A stretch of DNA of 64,000 bases, taken from assembly GCF_000002075.1 (NCBI RefSeq), contig NW_004797272.1, positions 2,545,937 to 2,609,936 on the forward strand, in the 5' to 3' direction. Position numbers and translations under genes: made by a program. Under the pieces are notes generated by a model. The model was not told the origin of the DNA. It saw only the letters and a program-made list of their open reading frames with translations, and did not search any database. Of this stretch, positions 13,273-25,400 are shown in pieces. The DNA comes from Aplysia californica. Its lineage: Eukaryota. The first letter of the stretch is position 1. Each line of letters opens with the position of its first letter.

Positions 13273-13628
13273 AGAGAAAAACTACACTGATCAAGAAGAC
13301 AGCAGGAAGGAATGGGGTCACATGATAGTCAATGTCAACTCNNNNNNNNNNNNNNNNNNNNNNNNNNNNNNNNNNNNNNNNNNNNNNNNNNNNNNNNNNN
13401 NNNNNNNNNNNNNNNNNNNNNNNNNNNNNNNNNNNNNNNNNNNNNNNNNNNNNNNNNNNNNNNNNNNNNNNNNNNNNNNNNNNNNNNNNNNNNNNNNNNN
13501 NNNNNNNNNNNNNNNNNNNNNNNNNNNNNNNNNNNNNNNNNNNNNNNNNNNNNNNNNNNNNNNNNNNNNNNNNNNNNNNNNNNNNNNNNNNNNNNNNNNN
13601 NNNNNNNNNNNNNNNNNNNNNNNNNNNN

Positions 13629-13806
13629 AAAGAAGAAGAGGAAAGAAGAAGAGGAAAGAAGAAGAAGAAAGAAGAAGAGGAAAGAAGAAGAGGAAAGAAG
13701 AAGAGGAAAGAAGAGGAAAGAAGAAGAGGAAAGAAGAGGAAAGAAGAGGAAAGAAGAGGAAAGAAGAAAGAGGAAGAGGAAGAGGAAGAGGAAGAAGTAG
13801 AAGAAG
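13629..13806 (+). repeat. Purine-rich (GAA/GAGGAAA) simple repeat next to an N gap
   Basis: Direct reading. Confidence 0.9.
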
Positions 13807-14023
13807 ACACAACTTATATGACCTAAAAGAAAAGCTGTTTCTACCGGCTGGTGCGGTCAAATTCCCAACTTTCCAACTCAGAAATCGAAGTCACTTCATT
13901 TAACTGCAAGGCGACTATCCCAGTCACCATATCACAGGAGCAAGAAGGTTGAAGGAAATCAGGAGAAAGAAATGAAGTGTATCCTTTGACCCCTTTTCAT
14001 TGAAACACATTTTTTTTTCGTTT

Positions 14024-14045
14024 GTGTATGTGTGTGCGTGTGAAT

Positions 14046-14115
<70 letters not shown>
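14024..14115 (+). repeat. (TG)n microsatellite
   Basis: Direct reading. Confidence 0.95.
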
Positions 14116-14120
<5 letters not shown>

Positions 14121-14149
14121 ACCAACATAGCATCTCCAGACCGGTGTTT

Positions 14150-14345
14150 ATAATGTAACGGTTAAGCTCTCCGCAGTTGCACGCAGAAAACTTGAGTTCG
14201 GTTTTCATGTAAGGATATTTTTTTTTAATTCATTATTTTTGGGCTATCTCAGCTATCACCATCTGTCTGCTGGAACCTTGCACGTCCTCTCAATCCGGGC
14301 TGGTCCTGACAGGTAGGATTGAGGCAGCCCGCCTCCTTAATGTGT
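14150..14345 (+). mobile_element. Old tRNA-headed SINE (family also at 17725-17880, 31770-31930, 49100-49270)
   Basis: Degenerate head CACGCAGAAAACTTGAGTTCG plus the shared body TCTGTCTGCTG..CTCTCA.TCCGGG.TGG.CCTGACAG. Confidence 0.6.
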
Positions 14346-14488
14346 TGCTGGGAGCGTGAACTTTTTATACTTACCATTTTGCAGTTTCTTCAAGGTGCTG
14401 GGGCGTAACAATTACTTAGTGAATTTCATCAATGGGCCCAAGGTCGACATTCAAAAGCAAGTGTGGTCTAAAAAGTTATTACCTAACG

Positions 14489-14555
<67 letters not shown>

Positions 14556-14564
14556 CCATCATCA

Positions 14565-15100
14565 GTCCCTCTGCAAGGGGTTGCTTAGGCAACAGCTCGG
14601 ACATGAATGATTTGCGCGCAAGTTCAGTGAAGCCACAGCCACAATAAAAATCCTGTGGATTCCAAGCCATGTTGAAATGGAAGGAAATGAGGCAGCAGAC
14701 CAAGCTGCTAATGAAGCCAGAGAGATTGAAGGAGACAGACGACCAACAACATACAGAGGAGTTTTTCCAATGATCAAGAAGGAAATCAGAGACCCACCAT
14801 GTACAGCTAAGTACCAGCTCCTGGAAGATGTAGACTGCGGTCGGACCATCATTGGAGCTTAAGATGGTATAAGAACTTTGTAAATGAAGAGCTCAGCCCA
14901 TGTTGCCGAAGATGTGGCCATGAAATGGAGGATGTCAAACATATGTTTGAATGTCCTGGAACAATTGCAATTCGAATGGAGTTATTTGGACGAGTGAAGG
15001 TGCAGCTAAGCATATTGACAATGAAGCCGAAAAAGAGCCTCGCTCTCGCTCGCAGATTTCTTTGTGGTGTCCGCCAGGCCCATTAAGGAAACAACAAAAA
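14565..15100 (+). mobile_element. RNase-H-bearing non-LTR retrotransposon 3' fragment (I/Ingi/Nimb group)
   Basis: ILWIPSHVEMEGNEAADQAA (RNase H) and CRRCGHEMEDVKHMFECP (CCHC finger). Inserted in a (CAT)n tract, with CATCACCATCATCA duplicated on both sides. Confidence 0.85.
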
Positions 15101-16160
15101 ATCATCATCATCATCATCACCATCATCAACTTCAAGATCCTGAAACAGACATCGACGTTTATAGTTCCTTCATTTCTCTGCTCGGATACTCTGAAGAAGA
15201 AAAAAATCACATTATCCTTGTCTTTTCCATGTCACCCATCTGTTCACGTTTTCCAAGCAAATTGCTCTGGGTCTTGGCCATGCCTCGCTTGCCTTCCATT
15301 ATTACAGTGAGAGAAAGATGTTCAAGGCCTTTATGCTGAATCAAGTGTCCAAGAAACTGCATGTACTTACTTGAATTACTTGAATCTAGAACTGGGGTCT
15401 TAGGAAGACAGGATGCTCCATGCTTCATCGCCCCTCTTCATGATGGTCCATTTCAGTGTGGGCAGGCTGATTGTCTCCATCATTAGCTGGTTGTTGTAGC
15501 GTCTGATGGGGTAACGTAGCCTGCCCTTCCTACCTTCACCAAGCTGCACTCCTTTCGCAATCACAACCTCCTTCGTGAAGGAGTCCTCGTCACGGCTGCT
15601 GGCTAGGTTTTCTCGCACAATGGCTACCACAGCTGGAGGGTCAAAGGTAAGCACTCCCTCTATGTTTTAGGAGCCTGCAAGGCTACTGCTAGCTTACCTG
15701 CTCTTTCATTTCCCTTGACTCCTTCATGTCCTGGGCAGAAGATCCACTGCAAGCGTCTGACTTTGCTGTCTTGGATTGTCTTAAACCAATCTGCATAGAG
15801 GCTGCCGGTCAAGATCTTATCCAGAGTACTCATTGAGTGTGTAACAAACTGCAGGTGTCTCTTCCTAATTGCTTTCATTAGTGAGCAGCCCACGAGGGTT
15901 TTTTTCAGTACTACCTCATTTGAATTGTTTTCCTTCTTTGAAATTCCCTACAGTCATCCAAGAAACCACAATTTCTGTTGCTTCTATTCTATTTTCACTG
16001 TTTTCGGGATTTGTTCAACATTCACGGCCATATAGGAGGGTTTCAAACTTGCATTTTGGATGTCATTGAGATGTTCATTTTTTCAAGACAGGACACGTTT
16101 CATTGAAAATGTCTTCAGCTATTGCAGTTCTTCGTTTTATTTATAATGGAACATTTGGCA
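15101..16160 (-). mobile_element. RTE LINE 3' part with (TGA)n tail, interrupted at 15365-15845
   Basis: LLYGREC...AIRKRHLQF | QFLGHLIQHKGLEHLSLT..EGKRG. The tail continues as (CAT)n at 14490-14564. Confidence 0.8.
15365..15845 (-). mobile_element. Second RNase-H-bearing LINE 3' fragment nested in the RTE
   Basis: LQWIFCPGHEGVKGNERAGKLA. TSD-like AAACTGCA(T/G)GT at 15354-15364 and 15846-15856. Confidence 0.8.
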
Positions 16161-17894
16161 TTGGACGAATTGATATCCAACAAACTGTGTATTTATATAG
16201 TATGTGTTTATGCGTGTATTTATATGCATGTAAGTAATTATAATTATGTATTTGTGTATGTATGTTTGCCATTGTAACCCAAATGCCCGTTCCGGAATCA
16301 ATAAAATGGTATTTATTATTTATTTATATATCTATATATCTATTATTTATATATTCATTTATTTATTTATTTATTTAAACTATAGGACCTGTTTGAATGT
16401 TTCAACTTTTCTTAAGATTTAAACTAAGTTTTTAAGATACCTGTGTTACAAAACATTTTGTTTTCTTTACACTTAGCAATAATCCTGTACGTTCACTTTG
16501 TGTCACATTAGTATCTAGCCAAGGACTACTATACTCATAGTAGTCCTTGTATCNNNNNNNNNNNNNNNNNNNNNNNNNNNNNNNNNNNNNNNNNNNNNNN
16601 NNNNNNNNNNNNNNNNNNNNNNNNNNNNNNNNNNNNNNNNNNNNNNNNNNNNNNNNNNNNNNNNNNNNNNNNNNNNNNNNNNNNNNNNNNNNNNNNNNNN
16701 NNNNNNNNNNNNNNNNNNNNNNNNNNNNNNNNNNNNNNNNNNNNNNNNNNNNNNNNNAGACGATCAAATTACTAAAACTAGTATCTAAAAGTGCATGAGT
16801 CACTCAACTAATACAGTAAAGAATGCCCCCTCTCGGCCGCACTCTTCCACTGCCTTCTCCGCCCAGAGGTGAGTCACAACCGACTAGATCTCTATGGGTT
16901 CCTAAATCAGACACAGCACAACTGATTGTTCGAGTATGAGTAAAAAGAAGAGCATCAACATTACAAAATGTACTCGAGAGCGGCTGTCCGGTGCAGGGGA
17001 AGGACGAGACAGACTCAGACAACCAAGGGAAAAGAAAAGAAGTAGGACCAAAATACCTTTCATTGAAAGAATACAACGGTTTTGTTAATACATGTATGTA
17101 TTATCGTTTACGTTTGGTGCTGTTTTGAGTTGGATTTGAGATTTTGAAAATGATAAAGCGTAGCATCATCCTTTATAAATACATGTAGTGTATATTCTAT
17201 TAAAAGTTTGTTTGGTTGCGGGTTGTTGTTTTTTTAACACGTACAGTACCGTTGGCAACTTTAGTCGCAGGCCGTAGTGTGCGCTCACTACTGCAGGCGA
17301 CTTTAGTCGCCGACGCAACCAGGCACACAAAACAGAACGGACGCACTGCGCTGAAGTTGAAGTAAATACCAAAGGATGTCATTCTGTATGATAGCTGAAT
17401 GGTAGATGAACCTGTTATGAATTTTTAAAGAGTAGTCCTTGGGCTGCCAATGTTTATTGAATTTTTTTTTTTATTCTACCACGGCTTCAGCGTTCTAAAT
17501 AGGTGCGGTACTTGAGGGTTGTTTGTTTTTTTAAACTCTAAGAGACTTCGGTACTGTAAGTGTTAAGGACCCCCCCCCCCTCACCCCCGTCTTTTTTAGA
17601 AGGACAGAACATAACTTTGATTCACTCCAACCACCGGGACAGCTCGTTGCTCCACCAACTTGCGAGTAAGGTTTCTCGTTTCTCAGACAGACGCCGGGTG
17701 TGACAGGTGTATCCCAGTCCTCGCACCGTTTCCTAGTCTGGTTCTTCGCCCTGGCACGAAAAAGACATGAGCTCGATTCTCGCCTGGGAATTATGTTTTG
17801 TCGTATGTTTTGTCGTATCGAGTATCTCCGTCTGTCTGCTGGGATGCAGCCTGAGTTGGCAAAGACAAGCGGGGTTGAAGTTGTTTCGTTTTAA

Positions 17895-18079
17895 TAAGTG
17901 TTTTACGGCATTTGCAACACAATTACGTCATATACGTGCCGAAGATTAGAGGTGTTACAAGAGAGTAACAAACACAAAAAGGAGGGGAGATAAGGATAAT
18001 TTCGTTTTAAAAAAGAGTTGTACGGTAGGTGACGGAGATTCGAGGTGTTACGAGAGAGTAACAAATGCAAAATAGAGGA
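17895..18079 (-). mobile_element. ~180-bp headless retroposon, 3' portion plus duplicated fragment (a 5'-end fragment is also at 18430-18471)
   Basis: GTTTTACGGCA..GTGCCGAAGATTAGAGGTGTTACAAGAGAGTAACAAAC. Confidence 0.85.
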
Positions 18080-19223
18080 AAGTTTTCTTTAAATCTTCTC
18101 AGATTGTGAGCATAGTGAGTTGTAAGTATTGTTTCATTTTATTGCAGCTTTTAAGCGGTTTCATCTGGAAACAGTTGTAAATATCGGTAGATGTATATTA
18201 CGGGATATCCTGCAGATTCTAACTGACTTTCTCTAGAAATCAAGATGAATCATCTATTTGTATATATATGCCATCACACTCNNNNNNNNNNNNNNNNNNN
18301 NNNNNNNNNNNNNNNNNNNNNNNNNNNNNNNNNNNNNNNNNNNNNNNNNNNNNNNNNNNNNNNNNNNNNNNNNNNNNNNNNNNNNNNNNNNNNNNNNNNN
18401 NNNNNNNNNNNNNNNNNNNNNNNNNAGCAATAGAAAGAACAGACCCCACCAGAGCGCCCGCCAACCGCTCATTACAATTTTAATAGTAGCTAGTAAGCCT
18501 ATAGCTAATTTGCTCACTTTCCAATTATGCACCACCTTGTCTGCAACCCACGCGACGCCACTGGATAAGACAGATCCAAAATACGTTGAGAGCCTTTAAA
18601 AAACACACAAAGCGACCCCCGTTCAAGAACGCCTACTCTGTGAATCAGGCCTGGGCCATCCGCTCCATAGTCCAGCTGCTGGACATGATACTGAGTTAAT
18701 GGAGCGTCCTCGATGCATCTGCAGATGAGCATATTTCTTAAGCCACAGAGAAAAAAAAATAGGATTAAGATGATCTGTGGCTTTTGCTTAGGCCAATGAG
18801 ATCAATTCTGGCAGGGCAAACTTTGCCACTTACTGCCCATGGGTACGTCCCATCCACTTTGTACTTTGTATGTTTGAGCAAAGAAAACATTAATTAGTCC
18901 ATGGAGAGAATAAGACAGACAGACAGAAATAACAGGGGAACCTACCAGTGGAACTCTCCAACCACCCACCCGTTAACATAAAAGCCCCTGGGTACATATC
19001 ATTCATTCAGTCTATTTGAATAAAGAGAAGTACATGGACATAATATCAGTCATTTAATGCACGCAAAGAATAAGACAGACTGACAAACAGAAACAACAGA
19101 AGCAAGGGAAAGAAAAGTAGAACCTGCAACAAGAAACGAGTGGCATCCTCCAAACAACCACATAATATTCAAGGAAAAGAGAAAGGCACTAACATAACAA
19201 ATACACAGGTCAATCATTGCTCT

Positions 19224-19410
19224 TTTTTTTTTTTTACAAGAATAGTTTTATGGCACTTGCAACACAATTGAGTCATACAAGCGCTGAACATTAGAAGTGT
19301 TACAAGAGAGTAACAAACAAACAAAAGGAGGAGAGATTTATAAGGAAGACAGATTCATATGTTTGATAGGAAAGAAGGAGCAAAACACACCAGAACACCC
19401 GCCAACCACC
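19224..19410 (-). mobile_element. ~180-bp headless retroposon, full copy
   Basis: Aligns by eye end-to-end with 54781-54949. Confidence 0.85.
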
Positions 19411-22400
19411 TGCTGTGTAATTCTGTAAAGACTCCAACACAAAAGAGAAGATCAGATTAAAACAAAACAAAACAAAAACAAATCTACATGAAAAAAAAAC
19501 AAATAGTATAATGTCATACGGCACACTTTTTGAGTTTATTCATTTTTGTGACTGAGCTGGCAGCTGTGATGATAATGCAACCCGTTGTGATAGCAGTCAC
19601 TCCATGAAATATCAGAAAGGACAGGATCATGAAAGACAAAACAAAATAGTTACCAAAGCCCCAAATAAGACTGACAACTGACGCATATGTACATATATAT
19701 ATACACATATAAATATACTCACACAACTTAATAGGTACAAGTATATTCAGCTGACTCATGATATTAATCTCTTTGTGGCTTTCAGAAATCTGGGTAAAGC
19801 AGTGCAAGTTGACTGTTGCAGACTTCCTATACAAATACAGGAAAATCCAGTAATACAGCCCACTGTTCAAGTAAATCCTACAAAAAATAAACTCTGTGAA
19901 GATCAATAACAAATTGCAGAACGCAGTGCCTTCAGAACTGATGAGAAAAGTTGTAAGTTTAGTAAAAAATCTTTTAAAGTATAATATTAATTTATAAGTG
20001 ATAAAAGGAAATTATCAAGCCACAAATAAAAGGAGTTTCACTTTCAATGCTTCCACCCGTCATGTAAAATTATCTGGTTAAAAAAATTACAGTTACAGAA
20101 AATATGAGTATAATTAAAATATAACAATCGTTACCCTACCAATACCAGTTAACAAGCTTGGAAAAGGACCAGCTCCTCTATGCCGTAACTAGATTCTATA
20201 ACTTTATATTTCTTTCAAAACTAAAAGGAGGACAGCACAAAGTAAAAAACAATTAGTTAAGTGTACGACATAAGTCAGATCTCTTGTCCTCTAAATGGTG
20301 CATGCACAGCCTATAAAACCCTTCTCCAAAAAGACAAACGGCTCAAGGTAAGACTCAACCATTCACTGTTTTGAAAAGTGACGTATGATCAAATCTTACA
20401 CTGAGCAAGTGAAAATAAAAACATGTTCATTCATAAAACTTGTTTATAAAACAATCACAGCGACATAATGTGTTAGCCTGCTAGCCTGGGGAGACCAGAA
20501 ATCATGCGGAGTCAGTGGTGCAAGCACCAATCATTCACCTCACTGAGTACAAAGACTCAGTTCTACAGCATCACCAGTCAGTGTGTACACATTAAAATAG
20601 AAAAAAATCTTAGCTGAACACGTCGTGCAACAAATCAACTGCCAAGTGTGAGACTTTGCCATACACCAATTTGAAAAGTGATCAATGACAGATTCTTACA
20701 CTGAGGAGTCCATGTATTCTAGTACTAAACCATATCTTGATAAAAAAAAACAACTAAAGAGCAGAATGCAAAACTACAATGATAAGCATATTTCTAAATA
20801 TGGGTCTTAACTCGATTTGATATTTCAGTCTCAGCCATTTCAATATAAAACAAAAGACACTTGACGAAAACAAGGATAATTCAAACACTCTTAGAACTAG
20901 GGATGATCACATGATGAACTAAACCTGACATTTGTGACAGAAGCTAAAAACCTGAACCTTCCAAAAACATAATTTGTCAGGACCAGGCTAATTCAGAGCA
21001 GCAACTTCCAGACCTAATGCAAGCAATGGAGTGAACCCAGCACAGTTGGAAGGTGCAATGTAATTGATGGTTAACAAAACAGCAGCGCAATAAAGGAATA
21101 GAAAGGTAAGGTAGACCTTGCTGTCGTAAGTCATGCCAAATCACGGGGGAGGGGGATCTGATTTTTTTTTTTTTAAGGAGTTAGAGATGGAAGACAAGAG
21201 AAGGGGAGTGTGGACTCAGATCAACGGGCTCTTGACTTTGTGCGGATTGCATTATCCACATTCATTGCTCATTACACTGACAAAAAGCAACCAGGAATGC
21301 ATCATGGCTGGAAATGCAACCATGACTTTAATCCTATTGACTTTTGAAAACAGCTTGGAGTTGTGCTGTCCATCAACTGTAGTAGAAAATAATGTTTTTT
21401 GAATTCCTTCAGAATTACAACTGTGCAGCAACTCATCGGAACTATGTCAATGCAGCAACACGTATAAATCGAATTATGGCAAATCCAAACCAAGTGACAC
21501 ACCCCCTTAAAGTTCAAGTTATCCGTGTTCAACTCGATACAACACCAAAAAAAGTAAAGCTTTCCCTTTAAATTGAATGTGTAAGTCAAACTGCAACTCA
21601 ACCATCTAAAAACAAAATAAAAATTGATACACACGTGAGTACTATTACAACTGGCTGGATTAACCATCTATGTGTCTCTATCAAATAGCCTATGCTGTCG
21701 GGAATCAAATGATTTCTCAATATGATTTTGGATAATGCTTTACAACACGCAAGCCAAAAAAGTACAGACCAAAAACTATAATTTTCAAAATGTAGAATGT
21801 AAATACTTTGAAGAACTCATTTGAGAAGGACTTGAAATGCTTGGCAGTATGAAAAATGGGATAATCAAACCAAAATAGCAACTCAAAGTACGGCTGATTA
21901 AATTGGCTTCAACATTAAGAACGAAATTCATCATCGGCCATTGATATTAGGAGGGTTAAGTGGAGGGAAGCTTCTAAAACTAAGATATCTACCGCTCTCA
22001 ACTGTCTGAAGAGAATACCATCAAAATAACAACACAAAGTCCATCAAGCTTCTTAGACCAAAAATACTAATTTTCTACATTCGGAGTATGCCAGAAATAC
22101 TTGCGTGGCGCTGTGGGGAAATCAGGCACTCGTCAAAATAATGAAATGGAAGAAACAAGCATTTTCTGCCTGTAGAACAATTTTTGTCAAAATTATTGTT
22201 TAGGGATCAACACCTTTTATATCCATTGGAAAACAGATTCCTGCGTGGATTTTACTCAAAACTGTGATCGAAGGCATAAATGTAAATGTACAGTTCCCAA
22301 AGACACCACAGGTTTAGAAGTCACCGAACTGTGGCGGCCATTTTCTCACTAATTTTACCTCTAACAACAGAGCTCTGTAATTTTTCCTCAAAAGCAAGGC

Positions 22401-25400
22401 AGATGAACTAGAATAGACTTAAGATGATGCCAATAACTGCATACGATAAAAAATTGACAAGTGCCTGGTTCCACCACGTCATGACACAAATGTCTCTGCA
22501 AACTCGTTTTAAAAGTGACACAGACTGAGCAGTGATGCATGTACATGATTTCGGATTCTTGCGGCTTTTGTCATCATTTCTATGAATTTTAAACAAAATT
22601 AAAATTGAACAAGGATCACATTATTTACAACAGTAAGAAAAGTCATAGGTCACGAAACAGGAGAAGAGAGATAATACATAATAAACGTAGATCATAATTT
22701 GTACAGTGAAGCAGTTATCTCCCCGCGCTGAGAATTAAGAAAACTATTTACGTTTACAAAAAAAAAGAGGTAAATTTCTTGAAACAACTGATGAATCAGC
22801 AGGATAAAGTATTTTCATTAATAACCTTAAACAAAAAAACAAAACAAAAACTAGCATTTTTAAGCTGAAATCTTAAAACAGAATAGGACCTACAAGTCTT
22901 TTTTTTTTACATTTATAACCACCTCAATTGTAAAATTTGATTTGTCATATTCAAAGAGAATTTGAGAGTAAACAAGGTGCTTTTTGGAAAATTTGATAAG
23001 AAACGAAAGTTCTAACAAAACATTGATTCAAGTGAATATAGTGATCTGGTGAATGTGAGAATCACTGTGCTCCAAGAAAAACAAAAAAATAAAGAACAAC
23101 AAAACTTTATTAAAAACATTACTGACATTATGAAAGTAATAACAAAAAAGTTAGAAATACAATTATTAGACACAATCGTTGTTAAACCTTCTTATTCATA
23201 ATAATTGCAAACATTTAAATTGAGAATGCTGTCTTTATAGGCCCTGTACATGAGTCAAAGAGGCAAGTTTTAATGATTCTCACCCTCAGTCTTTTCACTT
23301 CAAAGGTTTAAAAAAAAAAGTACAACGTAATGAAAGAAAACACACCTGTGACCAAAGTCCACATCTGAACTCAATTTCGCCTGTCTAATTTGACCCTTTG
23401 CCATCAAATTCAGACACAAAGGCTTTGGAACATTTACCTACACTATCTTTATATCATCTGAATGTGCTCATAAGGAAAACATGTCCCGTGGTATTAAAAA
23501 AAGGAGATTTTCATCTGCGACTGACTTAGGCTGAGAGCAGAAGTGGTACAATACTGACTGGGTATTTTAGTCTCTATTCAAATCAATTCAAGCCAGTGAG
23601 AGTAACACCACCCGCATTACAAAGAACAAATTTTGCTGACACAGCTATCAGATGAACTATGCTCAAAAGGCAGCCGTCTTCATGATAGTAAATCATCAGA
23701 CTAAACATCATCTTTTTTTAAAATGTACTAGACTCCCAAAGAGTAAATTTGTGAAGTTAAAGGAGTAAATCCTTTCATCATACATTGGTTTAGACTGTCA
23801 AGAACTGCATCCTTTATTTTTTTATGTAACACCAGATTCCCACAGAGCAAATTTGTAAAGGTGAAAGAGTAAATCCTTTCGTCACACATTGACTTAGCCC
23901 ATGAAGAACTGCTCAAATATTTGTCTGAATGATTTTTAAAAGGGTTGCAGTTTTTAAAATTAATAAGGTGCTTCTCATAATGACATATTTCTTGGTCCCT
24001 TGAAGAGGGAAAAGATTTATCACCGACTCGTAAGCACTAGCTTGACTTCACAGGGGGTGTAGAAGATATGGCTTTGTCAAATTCAAAGCAAACTTGGGTC
24101 ACAACATTCTTTCAAATCAATTATACTGAGAACTAGAAGTTCTTTGTCAATTTCATGAAAGGAATTTTGACTTTGTCAAACCCCAAGGCATTCACATCAA
24201 ATGGTCAGCAATAATGAAACTTAAGATGAGATTCCTTTCGTTTAAGCAATTCATTATTTTACTCAAACCCCCTCAGCAACCAGTGGAAAAAAAAATATCT
24301 TGAATTAAAGCTACACTAAGTGGAAAAATGCTACATGTACAAACTACATGCCTAACTTCTTCAACAAATGCGTTTTAATGTCTTGCAGGACTTGCGAGTT
24401 ATCATAACAAAACAGGCAAAATAAAAAGCATGCTCAACATTAAGAAACAAAACAGTGTCAAAGCAAGATGTCGTTAGTGAAGATAAGTAAAATTACCCTG
24501 AGTAATCCCTCACATCATTAAGCATAAACTGTTCCAAGGCTCACAACACGACCGAATAAAAACACAGAAGAGACGAGAGTTCAATAACACGTGAGAATCC
24601 ATGATCATGAAGGGACTCGGGTGAGAAAACATGAGATCCTTCCTTTCAAACAGGATCAATAAACAAGCCATAAATAGGCTTAAAATGTTCATAGTTACTC
24701 ATACAAAACATTTCCAGAGTAGACTACGATAACTTTCACTTGAAAAAAAAACTTGCATATATAATAACAACGCCGACAACAGATCACCACATTTAGAAAT
24801 ATTGAAAACAAACCTTAAACAGTAAGACAACAGTGCAATAGTGAGACAATTATAGTCATCAAATGTGGGGGTGAGAGGGGCAGGGAGAAGGGTTTCCACT
24901 GTAACAAACTTTTAACAGTCCACTGTACTGAAGCGAAATTAAATATCTAATCAGACACAACCATAGGTCATTTTGAAGGTAGTGGACAAAAAGGAAAAAA
25001 AAAGATGACTAATAAAAGGACTGACTATAAATCACAGGCACATCTGCTCATATACATATACAATACAGTTAACAATACTGTACATCCGACGGCATCATTC
25101 CTTGTGTCTCAAAATGACAAATTTTCCATCTATCTGGCGTCAATCTCTTAGTCTCATTGGTGTCACGGCATGGTGGAATCAGGCGCTGGTCAATTTTTAA
25201 TTTTTGGGCATATAGAGTCATTGGAAAAATCTTGAAGTCTGTTCATTTGTCTTGCCCTTGAAGAAACAAATAATCATCATCTATCTTGAAAAGAAGTTGA
25301 GATATCTGCAGGGGGGGGGGGGGGGGGTNNNNNNNNNNNNNNNNNNNNNNNNNNNNNNNNNNNNNNNNNNNNNNNNNNNNNNNNNNNNNNNNNNNNNNNN

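Noticed and set aside
13238-13903. Long ORFs spanning N gaps or microsatellites (also at 5608, 16432, 18240, 28357, 37962, 44453, 46003)
   Set aside because: They are artefacts of N runs and simple repeats.
18514-18732. Possible exon or RTE C-terminal relic (SWTMERMAQA)
   Set aside because: Too degenerate to assign.
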